From Octopus bimaculoides (Eukaryota): DNA of 51,522 nt. The translations under genes were made by a program, and so were the position numbers. Positions within the stretch are counted from its first letter, which is position 1; each line of letters starts with the position of its first letter. The notes beneath the pieces are model-generated. The model worked only from the letters and a program-made list of their open reading frames with translations. It ran no database searches and was not told the DNA's origin. The stretch lies in the NCBI RefSeq assembly GCF_001194135.2, contig NC_068997.1, forward strand, positions 5,993,472 through 6,044,993. Direction: 5' to 3'. Shown here piece after piece: positions 13,224-25,918 of this stretch.

Positions 13224-14714
13224 GTACGTAATTATAAATTTTATCTGGTAACCCTTAAGTTTTGCTGATTAAAACTTAAAGACAATAAGTTCATATGTAA
13301 AAACATACGTTGTTGAAATGTGAACTGGTTAATATTTTTGATTAAATTATGTATAGATTATTTAAAATAACTTTGTTTATCGAACGATCGAGAAAAACTT
13401 TAAGGAAAAGTATCTCTAGTTTTCTTTAGTTTTTTGTCGTTAAAGAAAACCGTTTTTAGTCATAGGGGCCACGAAGTACTTTTTCTTTTATATTCAACAT
13501 GCTAAACTTAAGCCCACGAAATACATTTTTGAGAGAGTTTTACTTTCCTTGTTTTATCCAACAGCAGCATCAACCGCGTTAGTTTTAAGACTGTAACTAC
13601 GCTCTCAAATTTTAGTTAGAATGTGACTCGTTATTTTAATATTACCCATGGTATTGATGTATAAGATTTTTTTCCCCTTCCTGTTATGTACTTTTCTCTC
13701 GTTCATATTCATCGAAATAAGGAAGTATAATTGTCAAGAGAAATTAAATCCTGCTTTACAATGCTATCCCAAGGGAGAAAAGAAGAAAGACACGTAACAA
13801 GTCTTTTGAACTTTAATCATAAACTCAATTTTCTGTAAATATCATATTTGTCTGACATTTTGTGGTTTCTGCGAACCAATGATGATAATAATAATCCTTT
13901 CCACTATAGCACAAAGCCTGAATTTTTTTGGGGGAGGGGAACAATCGATTAAGTCGACACTAGCACGCAACTGGTACTTAATTTATCGACTCCGAAAGGA
14001 TGAAAGGCAAAGTCAACCTCGGTAGAATTTGTACTCAAAACAGTGGCAGACGAAATACTAAGCATTTCGTCCGGCGTGCTAACGATTCAACCAGCTCGCC
14101 GCCTTGACGATGATAAGAACAATAATTCTGTCTACTATTAGCAAAAGGGCTGGAATTTTGGGGGATGGGGTAAGTTGATTATATCGACCTCCAGTGCTTG
14201 ACTGGTACTTTTTTCATCGACTCCGAAAGGATGAAAAGCAAAGTCGACCTAAGCGGAATTGAACTCAAAACATTGACTGACGCAATATCTCTAAGCATTT
14301 TTTTCGGTGTGCTAACGTATCTTAATAATAATAATAATTATTTCTAATTTTGACACAAGGCCAGTACTTGACATGTACTTTGATTTATCGACTCCGGAGG
14401 GATGAATGACTCTGCTAATCTAGGCTGGATTTGAACTCAGAATTAAAGAACTGGAGCAAATATCGTATGGGACCCTGATCAGATCTTTTTTACTATTACT
14501 GGCGATGTTGTGTTTCTTAGTACCGGATCTTTGGGTATATTTACGCTACATACTGTTTATTTCATCTCCTGGTAGATCAACACAGTTGATCTCTCTTACT
14601 TGCATTGTCGTCTTCATCTGCCGACTGAAAAGAATATTTTTGTATACAAACATGCACACATTATTGTTGTTTAGCGTTAGACCAACCCTGGTCGAACAAC
14701 CCTATAATCTAAAG

Positions 14715-14958
14715 CACTGGTTCTCAACCATTTTTTTTTTTTTTTTACCTCTGGACTCCTTTAATTCCTATTTTACTTCACTGAACCCCCGTAACCATTT
14801 AATGTTTAAAACATCCAATTAAATCTTTATAACTAAATATTATTTGGAATCGTATTAAAAAAAATGCTAAAATGTTGTCTTGAAGTATAACCAAATTATT
14901 GCATATAAATTTTAACAATATCCCCAAGGCTCATGTGGACCCCAGTTGAGAACCACTG
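14715..14958. mobile_element. hAT/Charlie-like MITE
   Basis: TIRs CACTGGTTCTCAAC and GTTGAGAACCACTG; degenerate 8-bp TSD ATCTAAAG/GTCTAAGG. Partial copies lie at ~16255-16455 and ~36715-36919. Confidence 0.75.
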
Positions 14959-16564
14959 GTCTAAGGCATTCCAACCGTGNNNNNNNNNNNNNNNNNNNNN
15001 NNNNNNNNNNNNNNNNNNNNNNNNNNNNNNNNNNNNNNNNNNNNNNNNNNNNNNNNNNNNNNNNNNNNNNNNNNNNNNNNNNNNNNNNNNNNNNNNNNNN
15101 NNNNNNNNNNNNNNNNNNNNNNNNNNNNNNNNNNNNNNNNNNNNNNNNNNNNNNNNNNNNNNNNNNNNNNNNNNNNNNNNNNNNNNNNNNNNNNNNNNNN
15201 NNNNNNNNNNNNNNNNNNNNNNNNNNNNNNNNNNNNNNNNNNNNNNNNNNNNNNNNNNNNNNNNNNNNNNNNNNNNNNNNNNNNNNNNNAACCCTATCCC
15301 CGACCCGCGTGTGCAAATGAATACGTGTTTAGGGTTAGGATCGACCACTCACGACTAGCTAGCGCGGACGCGCGACTGCGCGTTCGGGACCGTGCTGCTT
15401 TAGTAGTACCCACATTATTGTTGTGTGTGTGTCAACCCTGACCGAGCAACCCTATGGTCTAAAGCATTCCAGCCGTGGCCATCAAAAGATTGCTCGATCC
15501 CGTCTTTCCTTTAAGAGTACAGTATGTAAGGGCTTCATTGTCTTAAGACAGCAAGGTGTTATCTGGAGAAGATTTGGCTCTATATCTAGCATGTCGAGCG
15601 AACACGAAGCGGCTTTTCGATGGCTCATCGCACACACACACCTTCTCAAACGCACATATACACGCACGCACACACACTGATTGTTAAATCAAGCCTTGCA
15701 GACCTGCGTGGCTGGTGTTGTAACTTCGTTAACTTTGTGGTGTCATAGAAAATTGGGATTCTGGATTTACGTTTGCAACAAACACCTTTGTTGACATTGT
15801 CACACATGTTTCGATACATACCAGTTGACACCTCTCACTCACGGTACAAGAGAGCGTAGGGTTGGTCGCTTGGCAAGCTAGAAATGGTAACCAAACCTAC
15901 CTCAAATCAAACCTCTTCGTTTTGGGATAGCCCGCTTAATTTTTTTCTCTAGTTTAAAGCTGCCGCCACCACTACCACCTGGTCCTTTTGATGCATTCAG
16001 GTGAGGTCTTCGATCAAAGAGTGACATCCTCCTCCAATCCACCCAGCAGTCTCGTAGCTCATAAAAAGGGTCATCAATGCTTCCTTGGTTAAGTCACTGA
16101 GCAAAATACACAAAAGGGGTAACATACGGTAGATAATGTAGTCCTAAATACTCCCCAAAGGACGTAAAGGCTACGGATGAGATTATTTTGATCATAGGTC
16201 TGCTTGATCATAGTTTACCTGGGGTTATATTGAACCACAAGAGATCCTCTAAACCAGTGGTTCTCAACCATTATTTTTTCCTATAAACCCCCTTGATTCC
16301 TATTTTACTCGGGTGGACCCCCTTAACCATTCGATGTTTAAAAAATCCTGTTATATTTTTATAATTAGATATTAGGAATTGTATAAAGAATTGTTGAAAT
16401 ATTTTGTCTATTGTAGACGTAGAACTAATTTATTGCACATAAATTCTAACAACAAAATTGGTTAATGCTTACAACTTGACCCGGAAACGAAGATCAGAAA
16501 CAAATAGTACTACAGGTGTAAAAAAAAAAAAAATGTGTTGGAATCGAATATGAAAAGAAAAAAA

Positions 16565-17234
16565 AATGCGCGCAAAGCAACGGGAGGGTGGGAAGAGGAC
16601 CTCGCAAAATTCACAAGATCCGAGTTTTTCCCTCATAGCTTTTAGGAAAATGGGTTTTTTTTTTCAATGAAATTTTACATAAATACCTTTCAAACGGCAT
16701 ACATTACGATTATAAACTAACTTGTGAGGAAAATCTTGAGATGGGGAGAGGACTTTCGGAAAATTCCCAAGGTCAGGATTTTTTCTCGTTATATTCCGAA
16801 ATCACATTCAACTTTCTACAGATACCCTAAGCGTAATACTACTATACTATGTAGTGTATATTTCTACCCACTTCCAATAATTTTTAATGTTTTGGCTTCA
16901 ATTCGGTTTCATTTTATCTTCAGTTATTTTTACGCTTTATTCTCATTCACTCGTTATTACTTNNNNNNNNNNTCTATGTAAAATTTCATTGAAAAAACCC
17001 CCATTTTCCTAAAAGTTATGGGGGAAAACTCGGATCTTGTGAATTTTCCGAAATCCTCTCCCCACCCTCTTGGAAAAGATTTTCTCCACAAATTTCTTTA
17101 TAATCGTGATGTATGCCGTTTGAAAGGTATCTATGTAAAATTTCATTGAAAAAACCCCCATTTTCCTAAAAGTTATGGGGGAAAACTCGGATCTTGTGAA
17201 TTTTCCGAGGTTCTCTCGTTGCTTTGCGTGCATT
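16565..17234. mobile_element. Foldback-like element with internally repeated inverted arms
   Basis: TIRs AATGCGCGCAAAGCAACGGGAG and CTCTCGTTGCTTTGCGTGCATT. A 157-bp unit is tandemly repeated (16973, 17130) and inverted at ~16590-16760. Confidence 0.7.
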
Positions 17235-18215
17235 AACCATTTATATAGACACCCGAAGGTCATATAAGACCTTATGATTTGAAGCGTTCCAACCATACCC
17301 TTCCGATCAATTTCTCAGGTACAGCACTCCTAAGACCACATTTACTAATGGTAGGCTGTGATTTTTTAAAGATTTAACTAGTATTTTTAATAAAAAGTGC
17401 TATAATACTTTATAATACTGCTCTAAATGGTCGCTCACCCGACTAGAAATAGGAACCAAACTTTCCTCAAATTACACTCTGCCATCTTGAAAAACTGGAA
17501 GTGTTCATTGAGCAATGTTGACATAAATATAAAAAAAGGTAGGATTGTCACGGTTGGAAAGCTTTTTATCATCGCCCTGCTCGATGGGACTAAACGACAA
17601 CAACAATCGATTGAAATAATGCACCCATATGCGTAACATATTCCTTCTATCAACCGTAGATCGATGAAGGATGAATCAAACTGAATAATAATTGTTGTTA
17701 TTGTTGTTGATGTTGTTTTTAGCCCCAGGTTTTCTTAAACGAGAAGACTCTATGATCAAAAGCAATCCAGTGGTGATCATTCCGCCTTTTGAATGTTCAT
17801 TTTCTATATTTTTCAAAAAATTATAAGAGTCAGTATCTAACAGCTAACTATTCCTACCTCGATGCTTCGTTGTTTAGCCCCAGGTCAGCTCTTATGATTT
17901 AAAGCATTCCAACCATGCCCTTCCGGTCAATTTCCCAGGCACAGCACGCCTAGGACCACAGCAATCCATGTTAACTCAGAGGCGTTCCATCCGTGATTAA
18001 ACAATCTTTTTTTTTATATCCAACATTGAGATTCTTCAGTGTGTTCTTTTTTTTCTTCTGTTAAGACCAAAGGATGTTATTTCTAGCAGACCGAGCGACC
18101 ACTAGATATCTTTTATCGTTGTCTCGTGTTCTAATTCTTAATCGCTGTAACATAGCAGCATATTTTATAAGCGTGAAGGAACCATATATAACATGGTTTT
18201 ATATATATTGCACTA

Positions 18216-18416
18216 CAGTAATCCCTCGATTATCGCGGGTGTTACCTTCCAAAACACCCCGTGATAGGTGAAAATCCGCGAAGTAGAAATAGTACTGTAC
18301 TGTATATTTTTTGTTATTGTTTTTATAATTTGTATATATTCATTTTATTATAAATGCATCACAGAGGAATGGACGTAAGGTTAAATAATAAACCGCGATA
18401 TGGTGAGAGATTACTG
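18216..18416. mobile_element. pogo/Tigger-like MITE
   Basis: TA|CAGTAATCCCTCGATTATCGCGG ... CCGCGATATGGTGAGAGATTACTG|TG, i.e. TIRs with a TA-type target. Confidence 0.75.
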
Positions 18417-18437
18417 TGTTATAAATATGTGTGCGAG

Positions 18438-18590
18438 TGGCTGTGTGGTAAGTAGCTTGCTTACCAGCCACATGGTTCCGGGTTCAGTCCCACTGCGTAG
18501 CACCTTGGGCAAGTGTCTACTATAGCCTCGGGCCGACCAAAGCCTTGTGAGTGGATTTGGTAGACGGAAGCTGAAAGAAGCTCGTCGTAT
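18438..18590 (+). mobile_element. tRNA-derived SINE (family B)
   Basis: gtggctgtgtggtaagtagcttgc...ggttccgggttcagtccc...gagtggatttggtagacggaa. Other copies lie at ~10465, 23480-23790, 24755, 25605, 27085-27425 and 39430. Confidence 0.8.
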
Positions 18591-19061
18591 ATATATATAT
18601 ATATATATATGTCTGTGTTTGTCGCCCCCCCCCCTCCANNNNNNNNNNNNNNNNNNNNNNNNNNNNNNNNNNNNNNNNNNNNNNNNNNNNNNNNNNNNNN
18701 NNNNNNNNNNNNNNNNNNNNNNNNNNNNNNNNNNNNNNNNNNNNNNNNNNNNNNNNNNNNNNNNNNNNNNNNNNNNNNNNNNNNNNNNNNNNNNNNNNNN
18801 NNNNNNNNNNNNNNNNNNNNNNNNNNNNNNNNNNNNNNNNNNNNNNNNNNNNNNNNNNNNNNNNNNNNNNNNNNNNNNNNNNNNNNNNNNNNNNNNNNNN
18901 NNNNNNNNNNNNNNNNNNNNNNNNNNNNNNNNNNNNNNNNNNNNNNNNNNNNNNNNNNNNNNNNNNNNNNNNNNNNNNNNNNNNNNNNNNNNNNNNNNNN
19001 NNNNNNNNNNNNNNNNNNNNNNNNNNNNNNNNNNNNNNNNNNNNNNNNNNNNNNNNNNNNN

Positions 19062-20002
19062 ATGACCAGTAATGAAAGACCACAACCGTATAAGATGAAT
19101 AACAGAAATATTTATTCTGGCATTAAAGTGTATGTCTGTGTGAGAGTGTGAATGCGACATATAAGAACATAATCAAAGACAGGCCGTCATACAAAGAAAA
19201 GTATGTATGTGAGTGATACATGTATGTTTATGTGAGATATTACAGCAGATAGAAAGAGAGTCAGTAACCGTGAGCATTTATACCAGTTCCTGAGTACACA
19301 TTAGTATGAGTCTGTATGTGAAGGGAGTTGAGGCTGTGTGTGGCACTGCTGATCACTAGTTGTGATGTGGTGGCTTCCATGCCGGGCCGTGATTCTTGTT
19401 ATGCAGATGTTCGTCTCTTGTCTGTTTATTTATCGTGGTGAAGCTGAGTCACCTAACAGAATCGAAGAGAGAGATGTGCCGCGGTGGTTTAGTTTGGTGT
19501 ACATAGAAAGTCGTGTAGACGCTGGTGGAGATTGATGCTGGTTAGTAGTAATCGTAGAATCGTGTTGGTCATGACGATGATGCTGGTTAGTAGTCGTAGA
19601 CTCGTGTTGCTGATGTGGCGGCGTAGTTGGTGGTCATTGTTGGACGAAGCTGTTGATGTGTCGCTGGCTGCCGCTGCTGTTGCTGTCGTGTGGTACACGG
19701 AACAGATCTCAAAGAGAACTGAACCGAGACAAATTTGATGGGTATGAGTTGCTCTATTTAAAGGGTTAAGGGGGCTCCAAGACCGTAGTAGAAAAACACT
19801 ATCACGTGACCTTATTAAGGGCTGTGATTGGTCAGTTTGCGTTCTGGCGGGAACGGTTCGAAGAAGTTGCCGCTTCGAATATTAATCAGTCACGTGATGA
19901 CAAGGAGATGGGTTCTCCGCTACGCCCGCGCTTGTTTATATTTAAATGAGAAGAATGGCGATAGCAGTTTTGTATCTAATGGCGATAGGTAGTTTCACTA
20001 CA
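19062..20002 (-). mobile_element. Third related solo LTR, running into an assembly gap
   Basis: 19070-19260 matches the reverse complement of the 3' part of the 7550 LTR (gtgcgacata...agacaggcc.tcat). It ends CACTACA, which reads TGTAGTG on the minus strand. Confidence 0.55.
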
Positions 20003-21534
20003 TATATATAATGTTTGTATGGCTACAACGCAAGTATGTATGTTTGTCTCCCCCCTCTTTCTCTCTCTCTCTGTATATATATGTATATATATAAGTGAGT
20101 TTGGAGGGATATAATATCCGAGCGGATACCGTATTAGCTCTCAGTTCAGATCTAGTTAACGGCTATATTAATAATAATAATAAAGAGTATGGAGACTTGT
20201 ACATCCACAGAATTTATTTTGTAGTTATATACAACATAATGGCCTACACGTGTTTCCGTTGCAGCGACTACTCACTGTTGCAAATGCAGCCTTGCAATAT
20301 TGTCGGTACGGCTTCATCAGGGTCCATCCATTTGGTCATCCTCGAAGTGAACTGATTGAAGTAAATTTTTGCTAGTAAGTGTTCTGTGGGGCTGGGAGTG
20401 TTGTTATTTAGGTATTATTTGATTCTTTCACCCGCACGATTTTCACTAAGAAAAAATAATTAAAAAAACCCCAAAAGACTCGGAATTTTTGTGTGGAATC
20501 AAGTACCCTGACCTACTAATATGCTGCAAACTCTTTACTTTTGTTCGGAGAAAAAGGGGGTGGGTGAGTATCAGATCCCCCCCCATATCCCGGAATCATT
20601 GGAAATAAAATTTTTTTTTTTTTCGTTGAATGAATTCCGGTGACCTAATATGCTGCAAAACTCTTTTTTGGGTCCGGAAAACGGAGTGGGGCGAGGTGGA
20701 AGCCTCGGAATTTATTTATAAGTATGTGCTGTTGACCTCAGCTTCACCCCAGTCAACTTTTTTCAATTAGAGGCAAAAACAATAGCTATTTTATCGATTG
20801 GGAACAAATTAGTACTGCTAAGCCTTATCGAGTAGGAGTAATAAAGAGTATGGAGACTTGTACATCCACAAAATTTATTTTATAGTTATATGCAGCATAT
20901 TATAATGACCTACACGTATTTCCGCTGCAGCGAGCGACTACTCACTGTTGCAAACGCAATTTTGCAATAGTGTCGGTGCCGCTTCATCAGAGTCCGTCGA
21001 TTTGGTCACCCTCGAAATGAGCCGACTGAAGTAAATTTTTGCTAGTTATTGTTTGCCGGAGGTGGGAATGTTGTTATTTATAAGTATATGCTATTGACCT
21101 CAACTTCACCCCAAGTCGCAGTCCGAAGTTAGGAATTGGTCTAAAATATGTTAAGGTCGAGATTATTGCTTTTGTAAAGCTCTTTGTTTCTTTTAACGAT
21201 TGTGTCGTGCTTATGTTGAAGGCTTCATGTATGTTTATATTCATTTTGGGGTTGGGCTGCTCATAATTTGTGCTATACGTTGGATAAGGCATATGTTTTG
21301 TTTGATTTTAGTAATGATGGTTATTAAATATTTTTATGTTTAGGTTATGTTATTCTCTTTGTTATATCAAGCTCAATTGTTTCTGGGGCGTTCGTGTAAA
21401 CATCTCAGTGCTTGTTCGTGTCTTGTATTAATTAATGTGTTTTGATGTAAATATTTGGTAAAGTTATTCTACGCACATGTCGAGGATCGAATCCACGCTA
21501 TACCTACATGAAGTCACTACATACTGTATCCGGC

Positions 21535-22201
21535 ATACTTCCACATGTGTGCACCCCGTCCTGACTTTGTTGCCTCATAATTTCCGATATTTTTTCAATG
21601 AAATATTCTACAAATACGCTTCAGATGGTAGAGATTTCGATTATGTCGGAATATGTTCAAAACTTTTTTCCAAGGGTTGGGTGAGGAGTTTCGAAAAATT
21701 CTCATGAGTCTGATTGGTTTCCTCAAAAGTTTCGAAAAAATGGGTATTTTCGTATGAAATTTTCTCCAATTATGAATCAGTATGTGTAAATTACTATTAT
21801 ATCGGAATTTGATATGGAAAAGGAAACTGGTGAGCACACACATACACACACGCACACATACACTCGCTCGCTCGCGCACTAACGCACACCACAGTTTTGC
21901 TTTCGAAATTTCTAGTTTTATTTTGTAGATATATATGATGTATGTCAGTATGTATGTGCACGAGTTCACCAATTTTGTTTTTCATATTAAATTCCGATAT
22001 AATCGTAATCCATGCTCTGGAAGATATTTATAGAAAATTTCATTAAAAATACGTAAAGAAATTTTTTTACGACAAATTCTGGTATAATCGGAACCTACAC
22101 CATCTGAAGAGTATTTGTTGAAAATTTCATACAAAAATATCCATATTTCTGGAAGTTCTGAGGCAACAAAATTGGTGAAGGGGTACACATGTGGAGGCAT
22201 G
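21535..22201. mobile_element. Foldback/MITE with long imperfect inverted arms
   Basis: CATACTTCCACATGTGTGCACCC versus GGGTACACATGTGGAGGCATG, with further inverted matches (cttcagatggt/accatctgaag, ttgttgcctca/tgaggcaacaa). Confidence 0.7.
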
Positions 22202-25200
22202 CTACGTTTCTAATATGTCGTCCTTGTCTTTGTTTAAGATAGTAAGGTGTGATTTAATGGAAATTTGACTGTTGTGTCTAGTAAAAAGCTAACGGCTACG
22301 TGAGAGTCTTCTTCAATGTCAGCCGTTTAAAGTGGTTTGATACCTTTAATTTAAGATTTCTTATCGATATTCGTCAGCCAGACGTTCTCACCAGTTTATA
22401 AACAGATAAACACATTAACTGACTAGCAATTCTCATAAATATTCCAGGCAGCACACTTATTAAGTCATTACTAACATACTTAATGTCGTGATCTAAGAAA
22501 TGTTAATTAATTGAAATTTACGCTCGTAGTAACGAAAAGAAAGAATAATAAAGTTAATGATTCTGGTCACTACTGGGTGTCAAAGAAAAAAACAGCCAAC
22601 TCTGACATTTTAATTAAAACGAAGTCTCCGATTAGGACAATCGCCCTAGCGACTCCATTTGTGTCTCTTTTTAAGGATCTAAAAGTCTACATTAGATTCA
22701 TCTCTTCCACTTTTTCAAGATATTAGGGTGTAGTTTGAGAAAGATTTAGCTGTTATTTTTAGTGTAAGGCTCCTTCACTGTGCCTATCAGGTTAATAGAG
22801 GTCAATAGTATCCTATTTCACGTTATCAGAAAAGCATATCGTTTTATCAGAAGTTTCTAAATGTGTTGTAGTTGTTATTGTTGCTGTTATAGTGGATATT
22901 TAAAGCAAATCATGCTGAATTTTTACTGTATTTTACGTTTTTAGATAATTTTTCTCATATTGTTTTTTTATTTTTACATTAAATGCTTTTTCTTACTTTT
23001 CCTATCCCTACTCTCTCTCATCTCCCACTCTTACGTCACTAACTCTCTCTCACCACCACGACTACCACCTCTCACTATTCTCTCTTACTCCACCCTATCT
23101 CACCTACCCTTTCTTACCTTTCTTTCATGCTCACTCTCTTATCTCATTCTCTCACCCCACTCACGCTGATCTTACTGTCTCTCCCACACTCTTTTACTTT
23201 ATCTCATCCTCATCCTCTCTCGCTCTACTCTCTATCACTCACACTCTCTCACCCTCATTCTCTCACCCTTGTGTCCCTGTTCCTTTTTTAAAAATACCAT
23301 TAAATCTCACATATGTAATACAATGATCAACTGAAATTATTCAAGCCATTAATAAACAAAACCTCCCTATTGTGGTGTTTAAAATCTAAAGTCCAGTAAG
23401 GAAGATAACTCCAATCAGCTCAGTTAATTGAATTGTTGATCAATATAAAACAATGTAGATTCTTTTATCTTTTACTTGTTTCAGTCATTAGACTGCGGCC
23501 ATGCTGGGGCACCGCCTTGAAGAATTTATCGACCCCAGTACTTATTATTTTTTTAAAGCCCAGTACTTATTCTATCGTCGTATTTTGCTGAATCGCTAAG
23601 TTGCGGGGGCGTAAACACACCAACACCGGTCGTCAATCGTTGGTGGGGGACAAATATATACACATACACATGACGGGCTTCTTTCAGTTTTCATCTACCA
23701 AATCTACTCACAAGGCTTTGATCAGCCTGAGGCTATAGTCGAAGGCACTTGTCCAATGTGCCACGCAATAGGACCGAACCTGGAACCGTGTGAATGGAAG
23801 ACAAACCTCCTACCACACAGGAAAGATTGAGAGAAAACCTCGGTCATGTTTCGATTTTATTAGACCTCATTATATTCTCTACTCAGTTGATAACATTGAC
23901 AAGTGTTTATCTTATTACTTGCTGGAGGAAGGGACAGTGCCCATATCCTTTGTAACCCCCTCCCCCGACACTGATGAGCTTGCTGCTGCTAATATTTCTC
24001 TTGAACCATTAATAGATACTCGTAGAGAGGGAGTTCCAGATGGCTGGTGTTCAGGAAAGGAAGGACAAGACATACTAGTTACTGCGGGGCCTGGCGAGTG
24101 GGTGGGGGAGTTCGGACACATCAAGGGTGATGTAACAAAGAGAGACGCTGGAACGGAAATACCTGAGCAGATGTGACATAATCGTAGCTAGTTCCGAGGA
24201 GCAGAGACCATTATGGTAGTAGTAGAAAGAACAGAGAGAAGAGACAGTGTACTTATGGGCCAGAGGTGGGAATATGTCTGTAAGTGATTTTGTGCCATTT
24301 AGTCGGGAGGCCATCTTTTCATGTGCTTTACACTTCACACAAAAAATATATCGCTCGGATTTTCTGGATTTTCAGTTACGCGAACACTTTACATTACACT
24401 ACGTTGTAATTGATTACTACGTGGACTGATAGCCAAGTCCGTTAGAGGAGCTTACTATGATAGTCGCATGATTTTCTGAATCCATATTTTATACTACTCA
24501 TGTATGTATGTATGTATGTATGTATCTGTTGTGTATGTATGTATGTATCTGTTGTGTATGTATGTATGTATGTATGTTTCGGCCAGCTAAATCATCATCG
24601 GACAGTCCGACGATTGCTTAGCTGGCCGAAACTTCGAAGTCACTATCAACAACATTCTTGTATAAGAATAATAAATTTGTACTTTATAAAAGTATAGAGT
24701 AATCCATCAGATTTTATGATAACTGAGCATAAAAACAAATACATACATACATACACATGAAAGGCTTCCATACAGTTTCCATCTGCCACATTCACGCACA
24801 AAGCATTGGTCGGCCCAGGGCTGAAGTAGAAAACATTTGCGTAAGGTGTCACCCAGTGTAACTGAACTCGAAACTACATAGTGGTAAAGGAATTTACCAA
24901 ATGATGAGGTCAAATATTTCAATGATGAGGTCAAGCAACACTCAAAGATGTCCATTACTCCAGTCAGTATTTACCAAATTTGTCAATTAAATGATCTCAT
25001 CGTGTTTATCTTTTCTCAGTGTTTTTAGATTTTGAAACACCCCTAGAAGGAGTTTTTATCTTCTCATTGTCTAGATAATCTTAATCGGTCGAAGTTTTCC
25101 CCTTATTACATTATTTTGCCTACAGAACTCTTTCTTGAGGTAGTTGTTCTCAGCCCCATGTTGCTGACCGAAAGAAAGCAAAATGAAGTTCACTTGATAA

Positions 25201-25918
25201 TCTCAAGAAGCTAACGAAATAATCCCTAGCAGTTTACCAGGTGAATCATATTACACGTTACAATTCCAAGGGAGACGATCATTGCGATTCCGTGATAACT
25301 GGTCCATGAAGGTCGTCTCCCTTGCAAATTTGAACTTTTGAACTTGTATTTATAAGTATCATGTCAGCCCCCCACCATCTTGATTAACGAACCAATTTTT
25401 TAAAACTCTGGTCTAAGAAATTTTGCTATCTGATGATAAACGATTTTTATGCAGATAAGTACTTCGTGAGTACTGAAATATAAACTAATATAAAATACAA
25501 TAGACCTACAATGCTCCTATATCGAAAAATAAATTCTATTGAAAAACTTCCTTTGAATAAAATTATATATAATTCAATCAGATAATAAATAAAGCGGAGC
25601 AGGCTTGGCTGTGTGGTAATGAAGCTCGTTTTGCAATTACAAGGTCTCCGGTTCATTCTCATTTCATGGTACTTTGGGCTAATGTCTTGTATCTCCTGGC
25701 TGACCCATACCTCCCATGAACTTAGTAGACGGAAACTGTGTAGAGAACCGTTGTGTGTGTGTAGAAATGTGTGTGTGCAATTCGGCCTAAGACACCGATA
25801 GAATAAGTGCTAGGCTTACAAAGAATAAGTCTTGGGGTCGATTTGTTCGACTAAAACCTTTCAAACAAATAAAAGAATATATATATATATCATTTGTGTC
25901 CAGACACAATAAAGTATG

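Noticed and set aside
14896-19160. Long ORFs full of X (also 26031-26438 and 48602-49019)
   Set aside because: They are artefacts of N gaps. The gaps could hide small features but are flanked by repeats.
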